Shown here: positions 32,387 through 45,171 of the stretch, in pieces
How the letters are laid out: every line of letters starts with the position of its first letter
How positions within the stretch are numbered: the stretch's first letter is position 1
From: Wallemia ichthyophaga EXF-994
Lineage: Eukaryota; Fungi; Basidiomycota
Reading direction: 5' to 3'
DNA length: 62,000 bases
Assembly (NCBI RefSeq): GCF_000400465.1
Contig: NW_008806278.1
Location: 1 to 62,000, forward strand
Position numbers and translations under genes: made by a program
Notes under the pieces: model-generated
Database searches by the model: none
The model's input: only the letters and a program-made list of their open reading frames with translations
Told to the model about the DNA's origin: nothing

Positions 32387-33595
32387 TCACGCCCAATATG
32401 CTAGTACTGCCATCAATAGCGACCCAAGCAGCAACATCGAAATACCGATAAATGTTTTAAACCTCCCTGCGTATTGCATTTCAGGACTTCTGAACCAATC
32501 ATTCGCCACCAATTCCACTAGCGATCCGTACAACAGTATCCCTGCTGACAACGCTGTAATCGTTCCAATAGCTATCAGTGCTGACTTTGACCTAGGAGAG
32601 TATGTCTCTTTAATGCCAATCCCTATTATTATTCCCAGTGACGTGTCAATACTGAAGGCAAAACTCATAATGAAAATCTTCAGCTTGTGCCATCTCTCGA
32701 AACTCAATTGGGATATACGCGACCCTAATCCCATACCCTCAAACATCTGATGAAATACCAAGGCGATCAGGTAAGGTTTAAAGCTCTCCCCCGTTGAAAC
32801 TGACAGCGCCACTCCTATAATTATTGAATGAAACAGAATGCCGCCCTCTAACAGCAAGACTTCCCATTTGAGTTGTTTCATTGCAGCTTCTGAGTTTGTG
32901 CGGGTAGACTCGGCGTCATACTGGATCTTTTTAACTGAGTCACTGACAGATATCATGTCACAGTTGCAGTTGGCGTCATTTTGTGATTCTTTTCTAAGTG
33001 CTTCATCGTGCGCTTGTTTTCGAGAATTAAAGCGACCACCCAGGTAATCAAACAGAAATACTATGTAAACGCCAGCTAAAACTATTGCTGCCGGTGTTTG
33101 TTTATACGCCAGTCCATCCAAACAATCATCGTCGAATTTGTGAATCGCGCTGAAAATTAAATGCACAATTGCTGTACACAGTATAACACCAGTACCAAAG
33201 TGCTGCACTATGAATAGCGCCCATTTAAAAGCTTTTTGTTCTTTGAATGCGTGAAGAGCAATTGGAAGATTAATACCAAGCGCACTTGCGACGAGCAAGA
33301 TAAAAACAGCGGCAATATGTAGTGGCATGTTGTATTCTTCCGTACTGACGCTATTGCACTGATCAGAATTTTTTGAGGATTCAAGTATGTTGGGTATATG
33401 ATTACATTGAAATGAAGAGATTGTGTCATCAAACACGCAACTCAAGCCTGTTGAGCAACTATAAATACTCCCCGATACGAAACATTCACCTTGCCCGATC
33501 GGTCCACTTCCTAATTCTCCGCGAATTGCTACCGCTGCTGATGCCGATATAATGGCTGCCGTGGATAGCAATGTAAGGAAAAACTGCATGCCCAT
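32387..33595 (-). CDS. ZRT: ZIP-family zinc transporter, intronless paralog (ZIP-a)
   Basis: Signal peptide plus Cys-rich ectodomain; HFGTGVILCTAIVHL; LEGGILFHSIIIG; FHQMFEGMGLG; SAGILLYGSLVEL. Confidence 0.92.
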   Translation of the reverse strand: MGMQFFLTLLSTAAIISASAAVAIRGELGSGPIGQGECFVSGSIYSCSTGLSCVFDDTISSFQCNHIPNILESSKNSDQCNSVSTEEYNMPLHIAAVFILLVASALGINLPIALHAFKEQKAFKWALFIVQHFGTGVILCTAIVHLIFSAIHKFDDDCLDGLAYKQTPAAIVLAGVYIVFLFDYLGGRFNSRKQAHDEALRKESQNDANCNCDMISVSDSVKKIQYDAESTRTNSEAAMKQLKWEVLLLEGGILFHSIIIGVALSVSTGESFKPYLIALVFHQMFEGMGLGSRISQLSFERWHKLKIFIMSFAFSIDTSLGIIIGIGIKETYSPRSKSALIAIGTITALSAGILLYGSLVELVANDWFRSPEMQYAGRFKTFIGISMLLLGSLLMAVLAYWA

Positions 33596-33866
33596 TTTTC
33601 TATTTATGCAAGTGAGCTATTGAGAATCATCCGAAATGCTTGAAAAATAGGTTACTGATGACCGAAACGGTGCAATGACAGGGCGATCGTCTCAGGAACG
33701 ACTATCTTTGCAACCTTGCAAGTCATTTTTAGTTTAATTTCACTAAAGTGATATTGAATTTGAGATGCATAATTCGTCTGTATCTCAATATGCGGCAAAC
33801 TACTGCCCGTCAATCCAGGCAAAGTAGTAAATCAAGGAACCTCTAAATTGAAAATATAGTTACAAA

Positions 33867-35397
33867 TCAAGCCCATTTACCGCTGTCGACGTTATTAGTA
33901 TGGAACGACGCATCTTGAGACACTCACAGCACCGCCATCAAGAGTGACCCAAGTAGCAACATTGTAATACCCAGACATGTCTTAAAGACACCACTGCTTC
34001 TCATCTCAGGACTCTTGAACCAGTCATTTGCAATTAGCTCCACAAGTGCTGCATAGATCAGCACACCAGCAGATAGTCCATTGAGAATGCCAAGTGCGAG
34101 GAGAGCTGATTTAGAGTTTGGAGAGTAGCTTTCATGCACTCCAATGCCAATAGCTATACCAATTGGAGTGATCAAACTGAAGCATACCGCCATTATAAAC
34201 ACCTTCATTTTGTGCCAGGTTTTGAAAATCAAAAAACACACCCGCGAACCTAGAGCTAAACCCTCAAACAACTTCATCTTGTTAAAAATGTTTCTCAAGC
34301 TAAGTAAACAACCCACTTGGTGAAACACAATTGCAATCAGAAATGGTACGAACTGGTCTCCTCCTGTTGCCCCAAGAGAAACGCCAATCATCACACTGTG
34401 GAACACAATTCCTATTTCAAGCAGCGAGACTTCCCATTTAAGCTGACTCATTGCAATTTCTGGCGATATTTGAGCTGAGTCAACACTAGTAATGTCAGTT
34501 TTGGCAATGCATCAGGCTGAACCTACTCAGATATGTCATCTTTGCCATCATTTGACCTGTTTTCAGTCCTAGTCGCTTCCGCTAGTTGTCTTGTTTTTCT
34601 TGCAAAGAATCTCATTCCAATATAGTCGAATAAGAAGACGACATACACAGCGGCCAGCGCGATAGCTGCTGCTGCAGGCCCATACGCCAACTCGCCTATA
34701 CAGTCGTTGTTAAACATCACAAACGCGTGGAATAGAAGATGAATGACTGTTTTGTGATTAGTGTATGCTATTTCAGTAATGGCCACTTACGAGCAGTGCA
34801 GAGTATAACCCCGGTACCGAAATGTTTCACCACGAACAAACCCCAGCTGAAAAATGAACGCATTTTGAAGCCAGAAAAAGCTATTGGAAGGCCCACTCCC
34901 AATGCACTGCTGACTAGCAGGATAAATATTGCACCGATGTGCAGCGGTTGATCGTACTCTCCTATATCGATTGATCCACACTGATCTGAGCAGTCACCGT
35001 GCGTATGTCCACCATGTACTACACAAGTGCCTCCTTCAGAGCTATTCGTCTCGCAAAGCCACACGCCGTTGTCAAATTCGCAGAAAGAGCCGTCGTCGCA
35101 GTGCCAATGCATCTCATGCTGATGACACGAACGTCCAGGGGGGCCTTGCATCTCTTTGCCTCCTGTGTCGCTGTCGCTCCCGTCTGTTATCCCACCAGTG
35201 GGCGAGCCTGAGTCACCTTCGCAGCGAAATGCAGAAATACTCGTGTCGAAAGTGCACTCAGCCCCACTCGAGCAGGTAAAAGTGCCGTTTGAGAGTGAGC
35301 AGTTACCTTGCCCTCTCGGACCAGAAGTCTCATTCCCATTTACTATCGCTGCTGAAGCAGCTCCCGCTGCAGCCAATAGGGAGAATATATAGCGCAT
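33867..35397 (-). CDS. ZRT1: ZIP-family zinc transporter with His-rich ectodomain, ZrfC/Zrt1-like (ZIP-b, 4 introns)
   Basis: Signal peptide; CHQHEMHWHC and CVVHGGHTHGDC; HFGTGVILCTA; LEIGIVFHSVMIG; FHQLFEGLALG after splicing; ends VLGKWA at stop 33867-33869. Confidence 0.9.
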
Positions 35398-35567
35398 ATT
35401 CTGAAAATGCAATTGGAAGGTATAGAAGTGAGTTTCTGCTCTTTTTTTGCTCTCTGTATGAGATAACTGCGAAGGTCATTTCTTGGTATGGCTCGTCAGG
35501 CACCATGTGAGGGCGGCTTCCATAGGAAAATCGAGCACGAGACCAAGCTCACTGTGGCAGTACGCAG

Positions 35568-35573
35568 CTTGGC
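35568..35573 (-). promoter_or_regulatory. PacC/Rim101-type site GCCAAG in the shared ZRT1-PRA1 promoter
   Basis: CTTGGC on the plus strand, 70 nt upstream of the PRA1 ATG. A 6-mer can occur by chance; support comes only from the known alkaline-pH regulation of PRA1 homologs. Confidence 0.3.
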
Positions 35574-35642
35574 AGGCTTTGATTTGTATAAAGCAGAAAA
35601 AAATCTAGTTGATCTTCCACATTGAACGGAGAGAAAAAAGCG

Positions 35643-36543
35643 ATGAAAACTTTTACCACACTGGCTACACTGGTAATTTCGTCGGCTTTCACACGCGCAG
35701 CACCATTCGACCACGCTGAATGGGTCAATCCTGACTACATTGCTCGAATGTCTATTCATGAATCCTGCAACGCAACTCAGACCATTCAGCTCGAGAAAGC
35801 ACTCGATGATTTTGAAAGATTTTCACACAATGCTCAATCATACCTCCAGAGAGCAGGAACAGAAGATGAGTTGATTGACAAATACTTCGGCTCCTCCTCA
35901 AATCCAGAGAATCAACCCGTTGCAGCTGGGATATTTGCCAGTCTTTCCGATGGAGATAAAGCTGGTGCTTCGCTTCGATGCGACGATCCCGATGGACTTT
36001 GCGCCCTGTACGACGGCTACTATGCAGGTCTGTTATAAAAAAAGGGCTGTTCTAGACTAAAAAAAACCAACAGGACATCACAGAGGTACCAATGGCACTC
36101 TTGAAACTGTCATTTGCGATCTAAGCTACGAGACCCGCAAACCAATAGAGCAAGTTTGTGCTTTAGGTCACCTCGTTCCAGATGATCAAGCCGGTAAATT
36201 CTGGGGCATTGACCTTATACATCGCTTTTCACACTTGCCGATAGTTGCTGGTGGATCTGTTGGCCATGCAGCAGATGAATATGAGACACTGATCGATTTA
36301 GCAAAGAATAATGCAAGTGAAGCTGCTTGGAATATGAAGACGCTGCAGTATTTCGCTTTAGATGCGTGGGCTCACACCTTCGCTGTCCCGGGTGTTGGGT
36401 GCGACGAGTACGCAGATTCAGCTGATCAGTCTAAGTCTACACCAACACCGACACCAGAACCCGAGCCATCGCCTACCGATGACGCTCCGTTGCTCTGTCA
36501 TACCCACGCTAATGGAGAAGAACACTGCACCACCGCCGAGTAG
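35643..36543 (+). CDS. PRA1: Secreted zincophore, Pra1/Aspf2 family (intron 36028-36073)
   Basis: Signal peptide; IHESCNATQ; LRCDDPDGLC; spliced YAGHHRGTNGTLETVICDLSY; DLIHRFSHLP; LQYFALD; C-terminal CHTHANGEEHC zinc-binding motif. Confidence 0.93.
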
Positions 36544-36737
36544 GAAATTGTAAAGTAATTCTGAATAAAATTTAACTGGCTTGTTATCTAAAGACTTATG
36601 GTTTATTATACAAGTTAACAGCATTATAATTATCTCATGCGTTAATTAGTCGTGAATAGGCGGGGTAAGTGTGTGTGTGTGTGTAGAAAAGTTAAACAAT
36701 TGTCCATGTTGATTTCACGTTTCAGTATGCAAGGTGA

Positions 36738-39700
36738 TTAAGAATTTTTGGTTTTACGCATTGTTGGCATCGCAGTTTTGAATGAGTCGACCGTTCGGGA
36801 TGTCCAGTTTTTGCTCTTGCGCTTCAACTTACGTTTCCGAGCTTGGGCGTCGTGCGTCGAAGGTCTGCGGTGGAATTGAGAGGACGTCTCGCTGAGGTGG
36901 GATTGCAATCTTTGCAATGCATATCCATTCTCTTCTTGATCAAAGTTGAATGTCGCATTCCGTCCGCTTGATCTCTCTCCCGTCCTCATGTCTATCCTCT
37001 GCCCCGATCTGGCTGAAGAGGGTCTGTTTGGTGGGTACTCCGAATCTTCGTAGTACGCATTCTGCAAATGAGACTGCATCAATGGGTCGTTCTCAAAGTC
37101 ATGATTATCGTCCTTCTTTTGTACGTATTGCATAATCTATGGGAGTTGTGAGATTTCGCCAACAATGGAATAGCTACCTACGTGAATATCATCTGGGTGA
37201 AATTGAAACTTGTACGCTTTGAAAAGATATCTCGGTATCAACGAGAAAATGACTGTGAATATCACGCAGAACCAGAACAAGGGGGAGTGGAAGACGAAAT
37301 AATCGTTACCCCATACGTTCGTCCATACCAGCTGAGGTGACAAAGCGCTATAGACTCCCTATAAGACGTTAGATTGAGTGTAGAGTCTCAAGCCCACTCA
37401 CAGTAAAAGCCCAAACCAAAACAATACCAAAAAACATGCCGAATGCAATCCACCAATTCCACGACCGAGCGTTCAAACTGATTAAAAGATTTGTTCCTGT
37501 GACGATCGAAACAATCATGGTTGTCGACATTTCGTAAATGTACACGTCAAACCCATCGCTGCGAGCAGTTGGTGATTGATAAGCGTAATATGTGAAGAAA
37601 AACACTATTGTTGATTGGACGATGGCCTCAAATACGTAAAGGAAGAAAAGCCGATGATTGAAATACTGTGCTGTTCTACCATACTTGTACAACTCAGGAA
37701 TAGCCATGAGAACTCTGTCGCTCAGCACAGAATCAAATAGTCCGAGACCGATAGGAGGGCATATTGTCCACAGCACGTTCCACAATAAAAGATAGATGTA
37801 CGCGTAAACGTACGACGTCGAAAAGGCACAATAGAACTGATACCAGAAGAGAACCGCGGCGCCGTTAATATTCTTAATCCAGAAGCTAAGGATGGCGTTG
37901 CTGTTTCGGTAGTAATACCAATGACCATGAACGAGAAGAAGTTTTTTCAGGTAGCGGAATTGAGCGATAGCATAATCGGACGAGTTGACTGCTTGAAGAC
38001 CCTCCTCGCCCGCTATACCTATACCTACGTGCGCCGCCTGGATCATTGAGACATCGTTAGCGCCGTCGCCGATCGCAAGTGTCATAGTATCGAGGTTATC
38101 TTTGATGAGACGAACTACGAGGGCTTTCTGTAGCGGTGAAACTCTGCAGCATACGACTGACTGGCATTTGAGCGCTAGATTGAGCAACAAATCTTTGCTC
38201 CATGGTTCAGAGAGGGCGTGCGTCAGTGCCGTGCCATCGATGACCAGTGCATATCCACCGTCTCGCTGGCCGTTGTCTGCGCCAACTAGCGACTCCATGT
38301 CTGACATTGCATGTGATTGAGTCGATGATCGCTTCGATCCGCCATCATAGTGATTATCTGGCGGCTGGTTCCTCAAACGTGATGGGATATTCTCGCCGGG
38401 GAAGAACTGCTCCATTGCTCTGCGCATCTGAGAATAAGCAGAGTTCCGGTCGCCGTACTCTCCACCTCTAACTATTATTAGATTGTTGTCATCTGTCAGC
38501 AACTGTGTGGAATAGCCAATAGCTATCGCTGTTTCCAGCTTGTCACCAGTTGCTACCCAGACCTTAATACCTGCTCTCTTTAAATCACGGATAGTTTCTG
38601 GAACACCATCTTGCAGCTTGTCTTCGATCGCTGTCGCACCGAGCAAAGTCAAGTTTGTCTCAAACTTGCTGGCTACAGCTTCGATGAGGTTCTCACGGTC
38701 CTCCAATGACACTGTTGCGTCGTTGTATTCCTTACTGAACTCTTCATAGACTTCTGTAGGAACAACGCGGTAGCCGAGACAGAGTGTACGAAGACCTTCA
38801 CTGGCGAACAGACTGAGGTCCTTGTCAGTGGCATCTAAGAGTAGTATTAGAACGTGTCAATAGAAAGCACTACAACTACCTTTCATACCCTGATTGTGAA
38901 CGTTCGCCTCACACCTCTCGAAAATTATGTTATCGGCACCTTTAGTGAGAAGAATGATTTCACTTTCCTCCTCATCGTCGTCATCTAGGGCGATCTTCGG
39001 GTTGCGTTCACCCCTGGCAACATTGTTGGCCATGTCTATCTTCATTTGAGCTCTTTTAGGAGACAGCTTTCTGATTACCACACTCATTCTCTTCCTCGCT
39101 GATGAGAATTCAAGGACGTTGAGAAGCTCATAGTGATCCATGCCGTCTCCCGTGAATGGAGTCTGCAGCTTGAGGATGTTTCTGTCTCTACCCTTGAATA
39201 CGTAGCCGATATCAGCAGCACCCTGAACCAAAGCAGACTCATCAGGAGATTGTGCTTTGTATTCAAGTGTACCGTCTTCCTTTTCAGCAGCTAATGCTGT
39301 ATGGCAGAGAGATAAACAAGTGAGGAATGCGTCTGTATCTTGGCTTTTCTTTTCAGCTTCTTCATTCACACCACCTCTGATATCCTCTTGAAGCACAGAA
39401 GAGAAAAACTTGGGTACTTCTTCAGTTTCTTGGGGATTCTCCCCCCTAGTGGTGGTGTGTTTATTTACGTGTGGCTCGTGACCATCTGAGGAGTTGAATT
39501 CTGATCCCGCCTTAGTCTGATTCAATGGCGTGACGCTGTCGACTATCGATGCTGGAATGTCTGGGGAGTGTCCTATAGACAATTTGCTTTCAACGACTGT
39601 ATTTTCATCTGCCTTGTAAACTTTTCCGGCGATCGAGCACTGTCTAAAGATCATGGCATTTTGAGTTAAAGTACCAGTTTTGTCAGAAAAAATGTACTGA

Positions 39701-41499
39701 ATTTGACCAAGCTCATCAGACAGATTCCACGATCTTGCTACAGTCCTATAACCGTTCTTTTTATATCTCATTTCTTTATCGAGATATATCCAGCCTGCCT
39801 GACACGTCCGCACAAACTCCATCGAAATGTAAAGCGAGATTGGCACAATGTTCTGGAAAGTAATGAGACCGTTAAAGAAGGTGAAAACACCATTGGTAGA
39901 TGGGTTATCATCTGGTCTGTCATCGTTGTACGTCCAGTACGCTCCATTCCGCTGATCGTCTACTTCGATGGTGTAGGCGACGATGGCGCAAATTGCGCTA
40001 ATAATCGCAAGCAACGCCAGGTTAAATCCTACCTGCGGATCCATGAGACGTTCAGTCTTGGCACGCTTTGACGGAGTAATACCAGAGTTTGCTATGATTT
40101 TGGTGTCTGAGCCGGTAAAGAGAACAACACCGATGACCCATTTGGTGTTGCGTAGAACAGTACCTCTAAGCAGCATAGTTGACATATCGACGGGGCATTT
40201 GACTGGTTGTTGGTCCTCCTTGACGACGGCTGCATTAAGCCTGAACATGTTCACATCCGCTGGCTCACTGTCGATTCTGTATCCGTGGCACTCTCTAGCA
40301 ATCGCAGCTGGGCTGGTGAGGTGAGATAGTTGAGGAATAGCGTGTCTAGATTTGAGGTTGGTTTCACCATCCAAGTTCTTGGTCTCAACGAAACAGACAT
40401 CTTCTTCTTCCGAGGTCGAGCATACGACAATGTCTAGAACTCTTATTAGTAAAGTGGAAATAGATTCTTGCACCCTGCGCTCACCTGCTGGAAATGGCTC
40501 GTTGTTGTGAATCTTGACAAAATCACCAACTTTAACATCTTCCCATAGCATAGTCCTCCAACTATTTCCCGCATCATCTTGACCATCGTCTTCTTCACCC
40601 TCCTCCACCTCCTCTGCGTCATTTTCAGGGATGGGGCCTGCGGGCAACTGCGCCGGAGGCGGTGGCGGAGTGTACGTGCGAGGGTTTTCAAGGTCATCAA
40701 CGAGACCGACCTGCCTACCATTGAATTCGCCGGTGTCATTTAACTCGGGAGGGTTGCCTACGCTGTGCCTTCCCATCTGATCGCTCTCGAACTTAAGTTC
40801 GTCGTCGAGAGAGGTAACAGCATCAGGGAGGTTTGGGGGAGGAACATGGTCTCTGTTCTTAGATTTCTTCTTAAGCCTAAGTTTACCAAGCATAGCGCCC
40901 TTTGGAAGACCACCTGTAAACGTCTTTGATTTTGCTTCTATGTGATTGAAGTTGTGATAGTGGTAATCGCTATGGCGGCTCTCGCCGTACTTGCCTTTGA
41001 GAACCTTAACCTTTGAGTGGTTCACCTTTCTATCTGATTGGTGCCTCTTGATATCTTCATAGCCATCCTTACACGCAGTAATGAAGACGATGATGATAAG
41101 CGGGAGGATAACGACACCGGCGTTTATTGTAGAGAACTTGGGAAAGAACTGGAGAATCGCGATTCCGAGGAAGAACAGGTTGGCCACACGCCTAAATTGC
41201 TCCAAGATGTTTCGAGGCACGAAAGTGAGAATTGTGTATTTCGAGGATATTATTTGATTCGTCGTGTAGACCCAACCAGGGCCGACGTGATGCGTTGATC
41301 GCGGATGTAGCAGCTTCTCTGTCCACGTCTTTTTCCCCAGCGTGGACTCGTGCGGCAGCGGGCTGTTGAGATACACGGACCGTGGCAATGGCTTGCGCTT
41401 CTTTGACGCAAACATTTTCTCAATACTGAATTCATCCCATTTCTGAAAAATGCCGGGCTTCGTCGGCGTCGACGTCGGCAGCCTCTCAGACGGCTTCAT
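36738..41499 (-). CDS. DNF1: P4-ATPase phospholipid flippase, Dnf1/Dnf2/Apt1-like (multi-exon)
   Basis: ISSKYTILTFVPRNILEQFRRVAN; TKNLDGETNLK; phosphorylation site FSDKTGTLTQN; KAQSPDESALV; GATAIEDKLQDGVP; GDGANDVSMIQ; SDYAIAQFRYL. Confidence 0.93.
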
Positions 41500-41751
41500 C
41501 GTTGTGAGTAAACAAGGTGATTGTCGTTATTAGACGGGTATCAATGCTTAATTACAGATCTTGTTAATTTAAAGCCTCTATGTTAAATACATGTTTCCTT
41601 TTCATCCTTATCGCCTATCGCCTATTTATCCAGGTGGACCATTGCGGGATCGACATCGCTGTCCTCAAACGTCATTTTGTTATCTTGTTTGCTGCTGCTG
41701 TTCCTGTCATTATTCATTTCATGTGCATCTGTTTTCTCTTGTCAGTTTTTA

Positions 41752-44610
41752 TCAAAATCCTCCTGCGCTTGCTAAAGCCTCACGGATATTCTTCGGCCGT
41801 AGCCCTAATATTGAATCAATATCTACATCCTCATACAGCGCTGAGTTTCTGTTCTTTCTTCTATGTCTCGATGGTCGAGCCGGTGTCGTTGGTGTCGTTA
41901 TTGGCGGCGAAAATGTTCGATTGAGTGGTGCACTAATCGGTGCATTCAGTGGTGGTATTTTCAGCGGTGCTGGTGGCCTCTTTCTTTCAGTGTTGACCTT
42001 AGGTGCTGGCATGACCACATCCACCGTCTCATCTTCCATGATTTCTGTCGGTGTAGTTTCGAATGATGGTTTAGCAGTTGAAACGAATGATTCTGCAAGT
42101 GATTCTGCTATCGAATCCACGTTATCGACATGGTCATTGTCGTCGTCATTATCATTATCATTATCCTCTTCTTCGGTAGACTGATCCTCCAAAGGCACTG
42201 GTTTGCCGCCATCTCCAACGTTGAAGACGTACTTAAACTCAGTCAATAACAAACCAAACAGTGGAGCTGGTATACCCAAAGTCGGACTGAATACGATACT
42301 AACGTTTCTCAGTGACATTCTGTTGATCTCCTCACTCGACACAACATCAGTAAGATGCGAAACCAATGCCCTAAGGAGTGCGTAATTGGCAATCGGGAGA
42401 AGCGACACCAATCTGCCTAGCTCTCTCACCCTCTTTTTTGGGTCTGGTATGTCTGCCACTTGTAAAAATTGAAAGTGTAGTTCTCTCGTCAGAAGACTAA
42501 CTGGCAACTCTCTAAAGTACAACTTGAGTAAACCCGTGATAGCATGTGGATCGAAAACGTCGTCACTTTCAATCAAGTCTATATCTCCTTCACTATTGTA
42601 GCGCTCTTTGAGCCCCTTCACCTGGGTACTCGAACCTGACAGCCTATATATGCCCTCCTCCTCTTCAGCTTTAACGTGTTGAAGGTATCGAATGCACCTA
42701 AACACCACAGCAGGCAAGCCAGCGATCTGGGCTTGTTGGAGTGAATCATCAACTGGTACACCGAAAACAGGCAGCTTTGGTGCTGATTTGTCTGATATGC
42801 GAGTTAGCTAAAGTCTTATCAAACCTTGAAACTCACCTTTGGAACTCCCACTACTACTCCCACTAAAGGCACCCCAGAACCCACGACTTTTCCCTTTATG
42901 ATCACGCTCATGCTGCTTCTCAGACTTGTCTATGCTTTCGCACGATTCATTGAGCTTAGCGCCGACAGCCTTATACTGCCCACTCAAGGAATGTATGCTA
43001 CCTTGGCGTTGTGGGAGTAAATTTGCACTTTCGCCATGTTGAGATATGCCAAGAGCGTCGACTTTCCCAGTATTTCGGGCGTCAGCGAGTACCTTCGGTA
43101 TGGAGAATTTGGAGGAGACTTCAGGCGGCAGCGAGGTGAGACTGACTGAGTTCGACGGCTGGATTTCCTCTTTCGATATGGGTTTGCTGTCGGAAGTGCG
43201 TGGACGCTCCACATCTTTCAATTTGTGTGTTTCTAATGAACGCGTTTTCAACGACGTCGCCCGACGTTTCAACCCGTTGTTGGCAGAATTCGGAGTGCTA
43301 TCTTCTGCTATATTTGTTCTCTCATGCAAAACGGGCGAAGAGGCACCACCAACATTGCTATGTGTCCTTTGATGCCATAGTAGAGTGTTGATCCAGTTAT
43401 CCCTCTCCAAGTCATTCTCAGCACATAGTATATGTCTATCTTTTTCATTCTGCGTGGCCTGGTGTCTTTCTAGAATAAGAAAAGCATGCTTGAATGCGCT
43501 GTCTCGTTCATTTGCTGAGCTGGAATCAGACGATGCCCGAGATGGATGCTGCCTGCCGATAGATGCGTCGTGTATTCTTATACTACCAATTTGGCTACCG
43601 CCTCGTTGCTCGTAGTAATCGAGTATACCCTCCCTCCCTATGGTAAAATACCTCGTCTTCCAGCCACCCAAGTTCTTGCCCTTCTTGGTGAGGTAGCCAT
43701 CTTTGGTGCCGTTGATTTGGGATGCTTGGTTTGGTCTGACAAAGTCTGAAGAGAGGAAGGCAGCTAGTTCCATATGTGGAGTAGCGCTATTCTTGGGAAT
43801 GATAGTGTAGGTATGTGGAATTGATATTATCGAGTGAAAATAGTTTTCTAACTGTGTTTTCTGCTGCAAAACTTTACTAGGGGATCTGTCCTTGAAAATG
43901 CTTTTATCAGGCAAGGACACCAGTCTACCCTTAGTATGCTTGAAGTAAGGTTTTTTGATAATCTCCCTAACTTTGATATCAAGTGCGTGTATCGAATCGT
44001 ATGATTTGTCGACTTTCCACTCAGCATTCGATGGCTCATACTTGACGGTAATAGTAAAGCTATACACGCTCTTGTTGTCTTTGTTAGGTTTCACTGATGA
44101 AGACAGCACGGCAAGTTGGAGAGCAGGAACGAGAGTTGGAGTGAGCTTGAAGACAGGTACTGGGGGAGCAGCAGTCTTGACAGAAGGCGTGATGGCGGGC
44201 TGTTTTGGAGAAAGATGCTGGTAGTGACTGCGTGCTTGAGGGAGCGTGTTAAATGAGTGGCTGGCGTGTTGCATGTATGGGCTAGACTTGGACTTGTGCT
44301 GCTGCGAAAGCTGAGCTTTCTCCATAGCAGAGAGCATTGCAGGCTTGATGGGAAGATTGATCGCGTCGTCGTGCGAGTGTGATTTTTTCGACAGTGCAAG
44401 GTGGTGTGTGGGTTGAGAGTGCTGCTGCTGCTCGTGTGGCAGCGTATCCAACTCAACATTGAGCTTATTTATCGTCGACTTCTGCCTGTCTATCAGATTC
44501 CACAGCTGGTTGTTCTGCGACGCGAGAGTGTTGCGCTCGTTCAACAGAAATAGCAGCGGATCTTCCCCCTTCAAGTCGAGGATATCCTGGAGCGTCAACG
44601 GGCTGGCCAT
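41752..44610 (-). CDS. BEM3: PX-PH-RhoGAP protein, Bem3-like (1 intron)
   Basis: PX-like WKVDKSYDSIHALD...LPDKSIFKDRSP; PH domain KDGYLTKKGKNLGGWKTRYF; RhoGAP EEEGIYRLSGS...DPHAITGLLKLYFRELP...NRMSLRNVSIVFSPTL. Confidence 0.88.
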
Positions 44611-44896
44611 ATCATTGGAAGAGAGGAAGAGAGATGGATTGAAATCATAAATTGCAAATATTAAAGTACAAATAGCTATAGATGCACCAGATATTCCTAC
44701 TCGGAAGGCTTCACCCACACTCCCCGCACTTGCTTAAGGTGATTTCCGCCAGATTAGCTTTCACGGAGAGATATGAAGCGGGGTTGCTAGATGGCGGGAG
44801 ATGACGCGAGATGCCGCGTCATGTAGGTCCGAGCGTGTGTTGTGCATGGCGTGCAGGAGCACCCCGCACATCAAACATCCTCACATTCAAACGATC

Positions 44897-45133
44897 ATGG
44901 ACGTTAAGACGCGCCACTACCAGCAACTAAGCCACCAGCTCGGGAAGCTCCAGGAGAATATCAGCCAGTCGAATCAGCAGTTCAAGATTGCCGCCGAACA
45001 GCTCCAGCAGATGCAGAAGCTGTCCATTTCGCATGCTTCTCAGTGAGTGGTGTGTTGTAACCACGCGTCGCTCACACTGTACAGATTCATGGCCGTGTCC
45101 AAGATAATTGACAAGCAAGAGACGGAAATGTGA
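44897..45133 (+). CDS. HSK3: DASH/Dam1 complex subunit Hsk3 (1 intron)
   Basis: Spliced MDVKTRHYQQLSHQLGKLQENISQSNQQFKIAAEQLQQMQKLSISHASQFMAVSKIID fits the Hsk3 coiled-coil pattern (R.Y..L..QL..L..N...FMA..K). Confidence 0.7.
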
Positions 45134-45141
45134 TTATCTCG

Positions 45142-45166
45142 TGTATCCTGTATCCTGTATCCTGTA
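45142..45166. repeat. (TGTATCC)x3 plus TGTA filling the HSK3-polymerase spacer
   Basis: Read directly from the sequence. Confidence 0.9.
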
Positions 45167-45171
45167 CTTAT

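Noticed and set aside
36667-36684. (GT)n microsatellite between PRA1 and the flippase gene
   Set aside because: An ordinary short dinucleotide run in a 3' intergenic region.
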